Positions 1-8,917 of a stretch of DNA of 64,000 nucleotides are shown here, one piece after another (the stretch's first letter is position 1; each line of letters opens with the position of its first letter). This DNA is from an uncultured Steroidobacteraceae bacterium. Lineage in GTDB: Bacteria > Pseudomonadota > Gammaproteobacteria > Steroidobacterales > Steroidobacteraceae. The notes beneath the pieces were generated by a model, which was given only the letters and a program-made list of their open reading frames with translations, had not been told where the DNA came from and ran no database searches. The stretch lies in NCBI GenBank assembly GCA_964417875.1, contig CAYQJU010000001.1, positions 39,675 through 103,674 on the forward strand, given 5' to 3'. A program made the position numbers and the translations under genes.

Positions 1-643
1 TCTCGACAGCTTCGCGATGTTCTACGACCCGGAGGTGGTGAAGAACTTCCAGCGCTGCGGCGTGACGATTCTCGATGCGCCCAGCGAGGTGGTCGGCACC
101 GTGCTGATCTACCTGGGCCGCGATGCCAACAGCGAGAGCCTCGAAGACCTGAAGGCCGCCGAGGAAGTGCTGCTGAAGATCCGTCCCTACATCCGCACCA
201 TCGAGTCCTCCGCCTACATCGACCATCTGGCCAATGGCGAGCGCTGCCTGGTGCTGGGCTGGTCCGGTGACGTGTTCCAGGCGGCCGATCGCGCCGAGGA
301 GGCCGGCAAGCCCTTCACGGTGGCCTACAACATCCCGAAGGAGGGCGCCGTGCAGTTCTTCGACCAGCTGGCCATCCCGGTGGATGCGGCGCATGTGAAG
401 AACGCGCACCTGTTCATCGATTTCCTGCTGCGCCCGGACGTGGCGGCGAAGAACACCAACTACGTGGCCTTCGCCAATGCCAATGCGGCGTCCTACGACC
501 TGCTCGATGAAGAGATCCGCAACAACCCGAGCATCTATCCGCCGCCGGAAGTGGCCGCCAAGCTGGTGCCCGACACGCCGGAGAGCCCGGAGTTCACGCG
601 TGAGCTGACGCGCACCTGGACGCGGTTCAAGACCGGTCGCTAG
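1..643 (+). CDS. potF: Periplasmic putrescine/spermidine-binding protein, C-terminal part (5' end lies outside the window)
   Basis: The reading frame is open from the window edge (LDSFA precedes the listed Met at 17). The roughly 213-aa C-terminal portion looks like PotF/PotD-family binding proteins and is followed by ABC ATPase and two permease genes. Confidence 0.8.
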   Translation, partial: LDSFAMFYDPEVVKNFQRCGVTILDAPSEVVGTVLIYLGRDANSESLEDLKAAEEVLLKIRPYIRTIESSAYIDHLANGERCLVLGWSGDVFQAADRAEEAGKPFTVAYNIPKEGAVQFFDQLAIPVDAAHVKNAHLFIDFLLRPDVAAKNTNYVAFANANAASYDLLDEEIRNNPSIYPPPEVAAKLVPDTPESPEFTRELTRTWTRFKTGR

Positions 644-658
644 TCCATCTGCGCAACC

Positions 659-680
659 GGGCCCGGCATCGGCCGGGCCC
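659..680 (+). promoter_or_regulatory. GC-rich intercistronic stem-loop between potF and potG
   Basis: GGGCCCGGC-atcg-GCCGGGCCC forms a perfect 9-bp stem with no T tract. This is typical of the mRNA-stabilising or attenuating hairpins found after binding-protein genes of ABC operons. Confidence 0.4.
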
Positions 681-698
681 GCGGGTCCCGGGAGTGTC

Positions 699-1847
699 AT
701 GGCCGAACGCCGCAACGAGAAGTCCAAGATCGAACCCTGGCGCGACCCGAACGCCAAGCCCTATGTCCAGATCGAGAACCTGACCAAGAAGTTCGGGGAC
801 TTCACCGCCGTCGACAACGTCTCGCTGGAAATCTACAAGGGCGAGACCTTCTGCCTGCTGGGCGGCTCAGGGTCGGGCAAGTCGACGCTGTTGCGCATGC
901 TGGCCGGCTTCGAGGAACCCAGCTCCGGCCGCATGCTCCTCGATGGCGAGGACCTGGGCGAGATCCCGCCCTACAACCGGCCGGTCAACATGATGTTCCA
1001 GTCCTATGCGCTGTTCCCCCACATGACGGTGGAGAAGAACATCGCCTTCGGCCTGGAGCAGGAGCGGCTGCCGCGTGCCGAGATCGCCGCCCGGGTCGAA
1101 CACATGCTCGACATCGTGCGCATGGGCGACTATGCCAGGCGCAAGCCGCACCAGCTCTCCGGCGGCCAGCGCCAGCGCGTGGCGCTGGCACGCGCGCTGG
1201 TCAAGCGTCCGAAGCTGCTGCTGCTCGATGAGCCGCTGGGCGCGCTCGACAAGAAACTCCGCGAGCATACGCAGTTCGAGCTGATCAACATCCAGGAGCA
1301 GCTGGGCGTCACCTTCTTCGTGGTCACGCACGACCAGGAAGAGGCAATGACGCTGGCCTCGCGCATCGGCGTGATGGACCGCGGCCGCATCGTGCAGATC
1401 GGCACGCCCACCGAGATCTATGAATTCCCGCACTCGCGCTTCGTGGCCGACTTCATCGGCTCGGTGAACATGTTCGAGGGCCGGCTGGTGGAAGACGAGC
1501 CGGACTTCGTGCGCATCCAGTCCGATGAGCTCGGCGGCACCATCTATGTGGACCATGGCATCAGCGCCGCGCCGGGCGTCACGGTGTGGGCGGCGATCCG
1601 GCCGGAGAAGATCGAGCTGAAGCGCGAGCCGCCGGCCAATCCTTCCGAGAACGCGGCGCGCGGCGTGGTGCAGGAGATCGCCTACATGGGCGATCTTTCC
1701 GTGTACCTGGTGAAGATCGACAGCGGCAAGACGGTGCGGGTCACCATGCCCAATGTGGAGCGCCTGTCCGACGACGAGCGCATCCTGTGGGATGAGACGG
1801 TGTATCTCACCTGGCACGAAAGCAGCCCGGTCGTCGTCACCCAGTAA
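699..1847 (+). CDS. potG: Putrescine/spermidine ABC transporter ATP-binding protein
   Basis: 382 aa with Walker A GGSGSGKST, ABC signature LSGGQRQR and Walker B LLLLDEP. It is colinear with E. coli PotG as I recall it (MMFQSYALFPHMTV, THDQEEAM, C-terminal regulatory domain). Confidence 0.9.
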   Translation: MAERRNEKSKIEPWRDPNAKPYVQIENLTKKFGDFTAVDNVSLEIYKGETFCLLGGSGSGKSTLLRMLAGFEEPSSGRMLLDGEDLGEIPPYNRPVNMMFQSYALFPHMTVEKNIAFGLEQERLPRAEIAARVEHMLDIVRMGDYARRKPHQLSGGQRQRVALARALVKRPKLLLLDEPLGALDKKLREHTQFELINIQEQLGVTFFVVTHDQEEAMTLASRIGVMDRGRIVQIGTPTEIYEFPHSRFVADFIGSVNMFEGRLVEDEPDFVRIQSDELGGTIYVDHGISAAPGVTVWAAIRPEKIELKREPPANPSENAARGVVQEIAYMGDLSVYLVKIDSGKTVRVTMPNVERLSDDERILWDETVYLTWHESSPVVVTQ

Positions 1848-2854
1848 TGGCGCCACACGGCACATCCCGGCACCTGGGCATGCATGGCAGCAGCCAGGGG
1901 CTGATCTGGGATCTTTTCTTCCGCTTCGGGCCACCGCGCTGGTCGCGCTACATCCGCTCGCACTGGGCCGGGCAGCGCCTGGTCATCGCGGTGCCCTACC
2001 TGTGGCTGATCATCTTCTTCCTGGTGCCCTTCCTGATCGTGCTGAAGATCTCGCTGGCCGAGTTCTCGCCGCTGGGAAGACCGCCCTACGAGCCCATCCT
2101 GCGCTGGCTGGAAGACGGCGCGCTGCAGATCAAGCTGCTGTTCACCAGCTACACCTACCTGCTGCACGAACCGCTGTATGTGTCGGCCTGGCTCTACTCG
2201 GTGAAGGTGGCGCTGGTCTCGACGCTGTTCTGCCTGTTGCTGGGTTATCCGATGGCCTATGCCATCGCGCGCGCCTCGCCATCGACGCGCAATGTGCTCT
2301 TGATGCTGATCATCCTGCCGTTCTGGACTTCGTTCCTGCTGCGAGTCTATGCGTGGATCGGTCTGCTGAAGACCGACGGCGTGATCAACAATTTGCTGCT
2401 GGCGCTGGGCATCATCAACGAGCCGCTGGTGATGATGAACACCAACTTCGCGGTGTACATCGGCATCGTCTATTCCTACCTGCCGTTCATGATCCTGCCG
2501 CTGTATGCCAACCTCGAGAAGCATGACCTGACGCTGCTCGAGGCCGCGCAGGACCTGGGCTCCGGCCCCGTGCGCAGCTTCCTGCGCATCACGCTGCCGC
2601 TGTCATTCCCGGGCATCATGGCCGGCAGCCTGCTGGTGTTCATCCCGGCGGTGGGAGAGTGGGTGATCCCGTCGCTGCTGGGGCGCTCCGACCAGCTGAT
2701 GGTGGCCACGCTGCTGTCGGATGAATTCTTCCGCAACCGCGACTGGCCGCGTGCCAGCGCGGTGGCCATCGCGATGCTGCTGTTGCTGTTGGTGCCGATC
2801 ATGATCTTCCAGCACTTCCAGAACCGCGAGCTGAAGGCGGCGTCGCGACGATGA
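1847..2854 (+). CDS. potH: Polyamine ABC transporter permease
   Basis: 335-aa multi-pass membrane protein with an EAA-like loop (EAAQDLGSGPVRSF). It overlaps the potG stop and the potI start. The true start may be a few codons downstream. Confidence 0.85.
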   Translation: MAPHGTSRHLGMHGSSQGLIWDLFFRFGPPRWSRYIRSHWAGQRLVIAVPYLWLIIFFLVPFLIVLKISLAEFSPLGRPPYEPILRWLEDGALQIKLLFTSYTYLLHEPLYVSAWLYSVKVALVSTLFCLLLGYPMAYAIARASPSTRNVLLMLIILPFWTSFLLRVYAWIGLLKTDGVINNLLLALGIINEPLVMMNTNFAVYIGIVYSYLPFMILPLYANLEKHDLTLLEAAQDLGSGPVRSFLRITLPLSFPGIMAGSLLVFIPAVGEWVIPSLLGRSDQLMVATLLSDEFFRNRDWPRASAVAIAMLLLLLVPIMIFQHFQNRELKAASRR

Positions 2855-3723
2855 CCAAGGTGCTGCGCAAATACCTGACCTTCCCGAACCTGGCGCTGGG
2901 GCTCGGCCTGCTGTTCCTGTACGTGCCGATCTTTTCGATGATCGTGTACTCGTTCAACAACTCGCGCCTGGTGACGGTGTGGGACGCGGCCAACTCGCCG
3001 ACCGTGCGCTGGTACTTCGAGCTGTTCAACGACCGTCCGGTGCTGCAGGCGGCGTGGCTGTCACTGCGCGTGGCGGCAATCACGGCCACCGCGTCTGTGG
3101 TGCTGGGCACGCTGGCCGGGCTGGTGCTGGCCCGTTTCGGTCCATTCCGCGGCCGCGCGCTGCTGCAGGGACTGTCCACCGCGCCGCTGGTGATGCCCGA
3201 GGTGATCACCGGCCTGTCGCTGCTGCTGCTGTTCGTCTCGCTCGAGCAATTGCTGCAGGCGCTGTTCGGCGTGCAGTTCAACCGCGGCATGCTCACCATC
3301 ACGCTGGCGCACATCACTTTCACGCTGGCCTATGTCACGGTGGTGGTGCAGTCGCGCCTGGCCAGCTTCGACGATTCGCTCGAAGAGGCGGCGCTCGACC
3401 TGGGCGCGCGGCCCGCCACCGTGTTCCGGCGTGTCACGCTGCCGCTGATCATGCCGGCCATCCTGTCGGGCTGGCTGCTCGCCTTCACGCTGTCCTGGGA
3501 CGACGTGGTGGTGGCGCAGTTCGTGGCCGGCCCGGGCGCCAACACGCTGCCGATGGTGGTCTACTCCAAGGTGCGCCTCGGCGTCAGTCCCGCGATCAAT
3601 GCGCTGGCGACGCTGATGGTGCTGATCGTGGCCACCGGCGTCGTGGTCGCGGCCATCTGGATGAAGCGGGCGGAGCGGCGGCGTGCGCGCGAGATGCGCA
3701 TGGCAGTCGCGCCGCGACCCTGA
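2851..3723 (+). CDS. potI: Polyamine ABC transporter permease
   Basis: 290-aa membrane protein with the EAA loop EEAALDLGARPATVF and a 4-nt overlap with potH. Confidence 0.85.
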   Translation: MTKVLRKYLTFPNLALGLGLLFLYVPIFSMIVYSFNNSRLVTVWDAANSPTVRWYFELFNDRPVLQAAWLSLRVAAITATASVVLGTLAGLVLARFGPFRGRALLQGLSTAPLVMPEVITGLSLLLLFVSLEQLLQALFGVQFNRGMLTITLAHITFTLAYVTVVVQSRLASFDDSLEEAALDLGARPATVFRRVTLPLIMPAILSGWLLAFTLSWDDVVVAQFVAGPGANTLPMVVYSKVRLGVSPAINALATLMVLIVATGVVVAAIWMKRAERRRAREMRMAVAPRP

Positions 3724-3740
3724 AGAAAGAGGAGAGGGCG

Positions 3741-4505
3741 ATGCCATCGACGGGCCTGGCACTGGGTCTGGATGTCGGGGGATCCTCCATCAAGCACGCG
3801 CTGGTGGATCTTGAAACCGGCCAACCCTGCGCCGAACTGGGAAGCGTCACGACCCCGCGGCCGACGCTGCCGGAGAAGCTGGTCGATGCGCTGGCCAGCC
3901 TTGCCGCGCAGGCGCCGCCCGGCGTGCCGGTGGGCATCACGCTGCCCTCGGTGATCGAGCATGGCGTCATCCACACGGCCGCGAACCTGCATCCGGCGCT
4001 GCTGGGCTTCGATGTTGGCACTGCGCTGCGCGAACGCCTCGGGCACGATGTGGTGCTGCTGAACGACGGCGATGCCGCAGGCCTCGCCGAGGTGCATTTC
4101 GGCGCCGCGCGCGGCGTGCGCGGCACGGTGATGATGCTGACCTTCGGCACCGGCATCGGATCGGCGCTGGTGGTCGATGGTCACCTGTGGCCCAACACCG
4201 AGCTGGGCCACATGGAGGTGGATGGCGTTGAGGGGGAGAGCCGCGCGGCCGCGCGCAACCGCACCGACGAGAACCTTTCCTGGGACGAGTGGGCCGTTCG
4301 CGTGAATCGCTACCTGGCCGAAATCAACCGGCTGTTCTGGCCGGAGCTGATCATCATCGGTGGTGGCGTGGTGGAGAACTGGCAAGTCTTCGCGCCGCTG
4401 CTGAAGTCGCATGCGCCGCTGCGCCGCGCGGCCCTGGGGCCGGCTGCCGGCGTGGCCGGCGCGGCCCTGGCCGCTTCCCTGGCCACGGCCACGGGCACCG
4501 TGTGA
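3741..4505 (+). CDS. ppgK: ROK-family sugar kinase, polyphosphate glucokinase-like
   Basis: ATG at 3741 is preceded by GAGGAGAGGG. The N-terminal DVGGSSIKHALVDL ATP-binding motif, a size of 254 aa and GTGIGSALV fit the family. The listed ORF 2979..4505 is an artefactual 5' extension that overlaps potI. Confidence 0.7.
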   Translation: MPSTGLALGLDVGGSSIKHALVDLETGQPCAELGSVTTPRPTLPEKLVDALASLAAQAPPGVPVGITLPSVIEHGVIHTAANLHPALLGFDVGTALRERLGHDVVLLNDGDAAGLAEVHFGAARGVRGTVMMLTFGTGIGSALVVDGHLWPNTELGHMEVDGVEGESRAAARNRTDENLSWDEWAVRVNRYLAEINRLFWPELIIIGGGVVENWQVFAPLLKSHAPLRRAALGPAAGVAGAALAASLATATGTV

Positions 4506-5650
4506 GCAAGCTGCCGGATGTCGGCACCACCATCTTCACGGTGATCTCGCGTCGCGCCGCCGAATGCGGCGCGGTGAACCTGGGGCAGGGCTTTCCGGAT
4601 TATCCGGTGGATGCGCGGCTGACCGACCTTGTGGCCGAGGCGATGCGCGCCGGTCACAACCAGTACGCGCCGATGGCTGGCGTGCCGGCATTGTGCGAGG
4701 TCATCGCACGGCAGGCCGGCGCACGGCATGGCATCAGCATCAATCCGGCCGCCGAGGTGACGGTGACGCTGGGCGCCACCGAGGCCATCTTCTCCGCCAT
4801 CACCGCGCTGGTGGGTGTCGGCGATGAGGTGCTGGTCTTCGATCCGGCCTACGACTCCTATGACCCTGCGGTGCGGGTGGCCGGCGGGCGCTGCATCCAT
4901 GTGCCGCTGGCGCCACCGCAGTTCCGCCATGACTGGGATCGCGTGCGCGCGGCGATCTCGCCGCGCACGCGCATGGTGGTCATCAACAGTCCGCAGAATC
5001 CCTCCTGCACGGTGATGTCCGCCGCCGACCTGGACGAACTGGCCCGCATTGCCGAGGCGCATGACCTGCTGGTGCTCAGCGACGAGGTGTACGAGCCCAT
5101 CGTGTTCGCGCCGTGGCGCCATTGCAGCGTGCTGGCGCATCCGGTGCTGCGGCAGCGCTCGCTGGCCGTGTATTCATTCGGCAAGACACTGCATGCCACC
5201 GGGCTGCGCGTCGGTTACTGCATCGCCCCGCCGCGACTGTCGACCGAGCTGCGCAAGGTGCACCAGTTCAATACCTTCAGCATTGCCACCGCGTTCCAGT
5301 ACGCGATTGCGGCCTATCTTGAGACCGGGCCCGGCGTCTTCGACGCGCTGGTGCCGTTCTTCGCGCGCAAGCGCGAACTGCTCGCCGCGGGGCTGGCGGG
5401 CACGGCATTCACGCTACTGCCTGCGCAGGGCAGCTACTTCACGCTGGTGGATTATTCCCGCTGCGCGGCGCTGCAGGGCCTCGACGACATGCAGGCCGCC
5501 GACCGCCTGCTGACGCAGGGCGGCGTGGCCGCAATCCCGCTGTCGCCGTTCTATCGCGAGCCGCCGCGCCACACGCTGCTGCGGCTGTGCGTCGCCAAGC
5601 AGGATTCCACGCTCGAGGCCGCGATCGACCGCCTGCGCGCGCTGCGGTAA
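4502..5650 (+). CDS. PLP-dependent aminotransferase class I/II (methionine aminotransferase YbdL-like)
   Basis: GTG at 4502 overlaps the upstream stop (GTGA). The N-terminus SKLPDVGTTIFTVISRRAAECGAVNLGQGFPD, the SFGKT PLP-lysine motif and a size of 382 aa fit the family. Confidence 0.8.
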   Translation: MSKLPDVGTTIFTVISRRAAECGAVNLGQGFPDYPVDARLTDLVAEAMRAGHNQYAPMAGVPALCEVIARQAGARHGISINPAAEVTVTLGATEAIFSAITALVGVGDEVLVFDPAYDSYDPAVRVAGGRCIHVPLAPPQFRHDWDRVRAAISPRTRMVVINSPQNPSCTVMSAADLDELARIAEAHDLLVLSDEVYEPIVFAPWRHCSVLAHPVLRQRSLAVYSFGKTLHATGLRVGYCIAPPRLSTELRKVHQFNTFSIATAFQYAIAAYLETGPGVFDALVPFFARKRELLAAGLAGTAFTLLPAQGSYFTLVDYSRCAALQGLDDMQAADRLLTQGGVAAIPLSPFYREPPRHTLLRLCVAKQDSTLEAAIDRLRALR

Positions 5651-5662
5651 TACAATGGGGCA

Positions 5663-6829
5663 ATGAAACAGAAGACCCGCCTGGTCCATCCGCCGCAGCT
5701 GACGGTGCCCCCCGAGAACCAGCCGCTGGTGGCGCCGCTTTACCAGAGCGTCAAGTTCGAGCATGGCAGCGTCGCCGAAACGCTGGCGGCACTGCGCGGC
5801 GACAAGGACGGCTACTTCTATTCCCGCTCGGCGAACCCCACCACGCGCCTGCTCGAGCGCACGCTCGCCGGCCTGCAGGGCCGTGACGATGCCATCGTCT
5901 GCGCATCCGGTGTCGGCGCCATCGCGCAGACGCTGCTGGCGCTGCTGCGCAGTGGCGATCACGTGCTGTGCTTCGTCGAGACCTATGCGCCGACGCGCTC
6001 GCTGATCCGCCGCCAGCTGGCGCGTTTCGGTGTGCGCCACACCATGCTGTCGATCGAGGATGATGCCGGCATCGAACGCGTGCTGGCCGAGACGGCGACG
6101 AAGCTGGTGATCTTCGAGAGCCCCACCAACCCGGTGAACCGCATTGCCGACATCGCGCACATCACACGCCAGGCGCGCGCCCACGGCGCGATCAGCGTGC
6201 TCGACAACACGCTGGCCGGCCTGCACCAGCATGGCGACACCGACGTCGACCTGTTCCTGCACAGCCTCACCAAATATGCCTCCGGCCATGGCGATGTGAT
6301 GGGCGGGGCCGTGATCGGTTCCAGCGAGCTGATCGCGCAGCTGCGGCCGGAGTTCACGCACCTGGGCGGCACGCTCGATCCGCATGCGGCCTGGCTGATC
6401 CAGCGCGGGCTGAAGACCTACCAGCTGCGCTACGAGGCGCAATGCGCCACGGCGCTGGAAGTGGCGCGCTTCCTCGAGGCGCATCCGAAGGTGGAACAGG
6501 TGCACTACTCCGGGCTGCCCGGCCATCCCAGGCATGAACTGGCGGCGCGGCAGATGCAGCACTTCGGCACGGTGGTCAGCTTCGACCTGCGGGCAGGGCG
6601 CGCGGCCGGCGACCGCTTTGCCGACGCGCTGCAGCTGTTCTCGATCGCGGCCAGCATGGGATCACCGGAGTCGCTGGTGATTCCGCCGGGCCTGATGGGC
6701 CCGCACGACCTGCCGCCGGAACTGTCGGCCCTGTCGGGCCTTGCACCCGGCACCATCCGCCTGTCGATGGGACTGGAAGACCCGGCCGACCTGATCGCCG
6801 ATCTCGCCCAGGCCGCCGACCGCATCTGA
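5663..6829 (+). CDS. Cys/Met-metabolism PLP-dependent enzyme (cystathionine gamma-synthase/beta-lyase family)
   Basis: 388 aa. SLTKYASGHGDVMGG contains the conserved PLP lysine context, and YSRSANPT and ESPTNP motifs are present. Confidence 0.8.
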   Translation: MKQKTRLVHPPQLTVPPENQPLVAPLYQSVKFEHGSVAETLAALRGDKDGYFYSRSANPTTRLLERTLAGLQGRDDAIVCASGVGAIAQTLLALLRSGDHVLCFVETYAPTRSLIRRQLARFGVRHTMLSIEDDAGIERVLAETATKLVIFESPTNPVNRIADIAHITRQARAHGAISVLDNTLAGLHQHGDTDVDLFLHSLTKYASGHGDVMGGAVIGSSELIAQLRPEFTHLGGTLDPHAAWLIQRGLKTYQLRYEAQCATALEVARFLEAHPKVEQVHYSGLPGHPRHELAARQMQHFGTVVSFDLRAGRAAGDRFADALQLFSIAASMGSPESLVIPPGLMGPHDLPPELSALSGLAPGTIRLSMGLEDPADLIADLAQAADRI

Positions 6830-6860
6830 GGAACGCGGCAGCCGTCGCGCGCCAGCGCGG

Positions 6861-7667
6861 ATGTTCTGTGCGCCACGACCGGAAAACCGCCGCGGGCCTG
6901 ATGACAATGGCGACATGTCCAATGTCGTCAATCTGCGACCGGCCGGTCGCCCGGATCCCTTTGCGCCCGTCCCGGCGCGTCTGCTTGCGGCGCTGGAAGC
7001 GGAGCTGGCGCGCTGCCCGCCGAAGCCGCCGGGCATCACGGCCTGCGTGGCCTGGCTGCAGGAGCCTGCTGCTGCACTGAGTGAATGGCGCATGGCCGTC
7101 CGCGCACTGGAACAGCTGCGTGATGGCCTGTTCGCGGCCCGCGGCCGGGAGGCAGAGATGGCGCTGCTGTGGCGCGAAGCGCTGGCGACGGCCTGCTATG
7201 CACGCGTCATCGCTTGCCGGATGTCATTTGACTCACCGCTGCTCACCGGTGCCGGGCTGCTGCATCGGGTCGGCGAGATCGCCGCGCTGCGTGCGCTGGC
7301 ACTGGCCGAAGCGGGTTCGGGCCAGCGACTGGTCGGCCCGGTAATGCAGCAGATCATGGAAGCGCGCACCGACGAGCTGGTGTCGCGCGTGACGCGCAGC
7401 TGGGGACTGCCCAGCAGCGAACTGCGCCTGACGCTGCTGCGCTGGCGCGATGAGCAGGAAAGCCTGCAGCGGCCGCAGGCGGTGACATTGCTGATGATGG
7501 CGCAGGCGCTGGCTACGGAGCTGGTGCATGCGGCGACCTGCACGCCGGGGCTGGTGGAGGTGGCGCAGCAGTCGCTGGGGTTGCCGGTGGATCTGGTGGC
7601 GGAGTCGCGCGCGCAGACCGCCGGCATTGGCAGGCTGCTGGAACAGCTCTCGCCCGCGCAGGGCTGA
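6861..7667 (+). CDS. HDOD-like domain protein (signal-transduction accessory protein)
   Basis: The segment LWREALATACYARVIA...GAGLLHRVGEIAALRAL resembles the HDOD core. The start is uncertain (ATG 6861 or ATG 6915). The gene is convergent with motB. Confidence 0.5.
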   Translation: MFCAPRPENRRGPDDNGDMSNVVNLRPAGRPDPFAPVPARLLAALEAELARCPPKPPGITACVAWLQEPAAALSEWRMAVRALEQLRDGLFAARGREAEMALLWREALATACYARVIACRMSFDSPLLTGAGLLHRVGEIAALRALALAEAGSGQRLVGPVMQQIMEARTDELVSRVTRSWGLPSSELRLTLLRWRDEQESLQRPQAVTLLMMAQALATELVHAATCTPGLVEVAQQSLGLPVDLVAESRAQTAGIGRLLEQLSPAQG

Positions 7668-7729
7668 GATTTCATCCGGATCACGTGCGTGCGGCTGCGA
7701 TCGCGGCGGCCGGATGCCCTGCTGTCGTT

Positions 7730-8911
7730 TCAGGGCGTGCTGGCGGAGATGGCCAAGCCCGCGGCAGCCAGCGCCGCTTCGGCCGCCGCTGCGGCACGGC
7801 GCGTCTTTTCCGCGGGTGTCCCCGTGGTGATCGTATCGGCGGTGATGTGGGCCGTGGCGGCCTGCGCGGCATCTGCCGCGGCACCGGAAGCAGCCGCCTG
7901 CGCTGGCTGCCCGTTGGCAACCCCGGCCACCTCCGCCGCATCGGGCACGGCAGCACTCCCCCCGGGTCCATCGCTGTGCATCGCCGTGGATTCGATCTGC
8001 CGCCGCGCCGCCTCCACATCCGGCGCATCCGATGACAGCGCACGCGCCTCCGCGCTCTTGGTCATCACGATGATGCTGATGCGGCGATTGATCGGATTGT
8101 GCGGATTGTCCCGGTCGAACAGCACCGAGGAGGCAAGGCCGACGACCCGCGCGACCTTCTCCGCGGCCAGTCCGCCGGCCTGCAGTTCGCGTCGCGCGGC
8201 ATTCGCACGGTCGGCCGACAGGTCCCAGTTGGTATAGCCGCGCGTGCCCACATAGGCCTTGGCGTCGGTATGCCCGCTGAGGCTGATGCGGTTCGGCACG
8301 GTGTTCAGGTAGTGCGCCAGTTCGCGCAGGATGCGCGAGGTGTAGTCCTTCAGCCGCGTGCCGCCCAGGTCGAACATCGGGCGGTTCTGCTTGTCCACGA
8401 TCTGGATGCGCAGGCCCTCGGGCGTGATGTCCAGCAGCAGCTGGTCCTTGAAGGGCTCCAGCGCCTGGCTCTTCTCGATGGCCTCGCGCAGCTCTTCCAT
8501 CAGCGACTCGAGCTGGCGGCGTTCGCCCTCGTCGGCGATCTGCCGGGCCAGCTCCTCGCTGATGTCGGGCACCGGTTCGCCCAGCCCTTCGGCATTGCGT
8601 TCCATGGCGCGGGGCGCATCGAGCCCACCGCCCAGGTCGATGGGACTGGTGCTGGCGCCGCCCGGTCCCTGCTGTCCCGGCGCGGCCTTCACGCTCTGGC
8701 CCGGTTCCATGCTGGGGTTCTTGAAGTATTCGAAGATGGCGGCGCGCTGTTCCTTCGAAACCGACGTGACCAGCCACATCACGAGGAAGAAGGCCATCAA
8801 TGCGGTGACGAAGTCCGCATAGGCCACCTTCCAGGCACCACCGTGATGTCCGCCGGCGTTGCCGCGCCGGCGCTTGACGATGATGATCGGGCGCTTCTTC
8901 TCCTCCGCCAC
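7730..8911 (-). CDS. motB: Flagellar stator protein MotB (OmpA-like), with a long Ala-rich C-terminal extension
   Basis: N-terminal AWKVAYADFVTALMAFFLVMWL plug/TM segment and an OmpA-like peptidoglycan-binding domain (SGHTD...NRRISI). At 393 aa it is about 100 aa longer than usual MotB. Confidence 0.9.
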   Translation of the reverse strand: MAEEKKRPIIIVKRRRGNAGGHHGGAWKVAYADFVTALMAFFLVMWLVTSVSKEQRAAIFEYFKNPSMEPGQSVKAAPGQQGPGGASTSPIDLGGGLDAPRAMERNAEGLGEPVPDISEELARQIADEGERRQLESLMEELREAIEKSQALEPFKDQLLLDITPEGLRIQIVDKQNRPMFDLGGTRLKDYTSRILRELAHYLNTVPNRISLSGHTDAKAYVGTRGYTNWDLSADRANAARRELQAGGLAAEKVARVVGLASSVLFDRDNPHNPINRRISIIVMTKSAEARALSSDAPDVEAARRQIESTAMHSDGPGGSAAVPDAAEVAGVANGQPAQAAASGAAADAAQAATAHITADTITTGTPAEKTRRAAAAAEAALAAAGLAISASTP

Positions 8912-8917
8912 GAAATG

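Noticed and set aside
867-1934. Long antisense or alternative-frame ORFs throughout the window. Examples are 867..1934(-), 7233..8777(-), 8099..9823(+), 14553..16247(-), 18718..19902(-), 38764..40686(-), 41005..42828(-), 51245..53365(-), 54916..56205(+) and 59957..61714(-).
   Set aside because: Each lies opposite to, or out of frame with, a gene with strong family-level identity. Their translations are Arg/Ala/Gly/Pro-rich low-complexity strings with no recognisable motifs. Open shadow frames like these are expected in DNA of this GC content.
2979-3740. The 5' extension of the ROK kinase ORF (listed as 2979..4505, 508 aa).
   Set aside because: The extension overlaps potI in another frame and translates to Arg/Ala/Gly-rich sequence. 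A good SD plus ATG at 3741 gives a normal-length ROK protein.
7673-7716. Nested inverted repeats (CATCCGG...CCGGATG around GCGATCGC) between the convergent HDOD-like gene and motB, considered as a bidirectional terminator.
   Set aside because: The arms are short, the loop is long and there are no flanking T/A tracts. The feature is plausible but not supportable from sequence alone.
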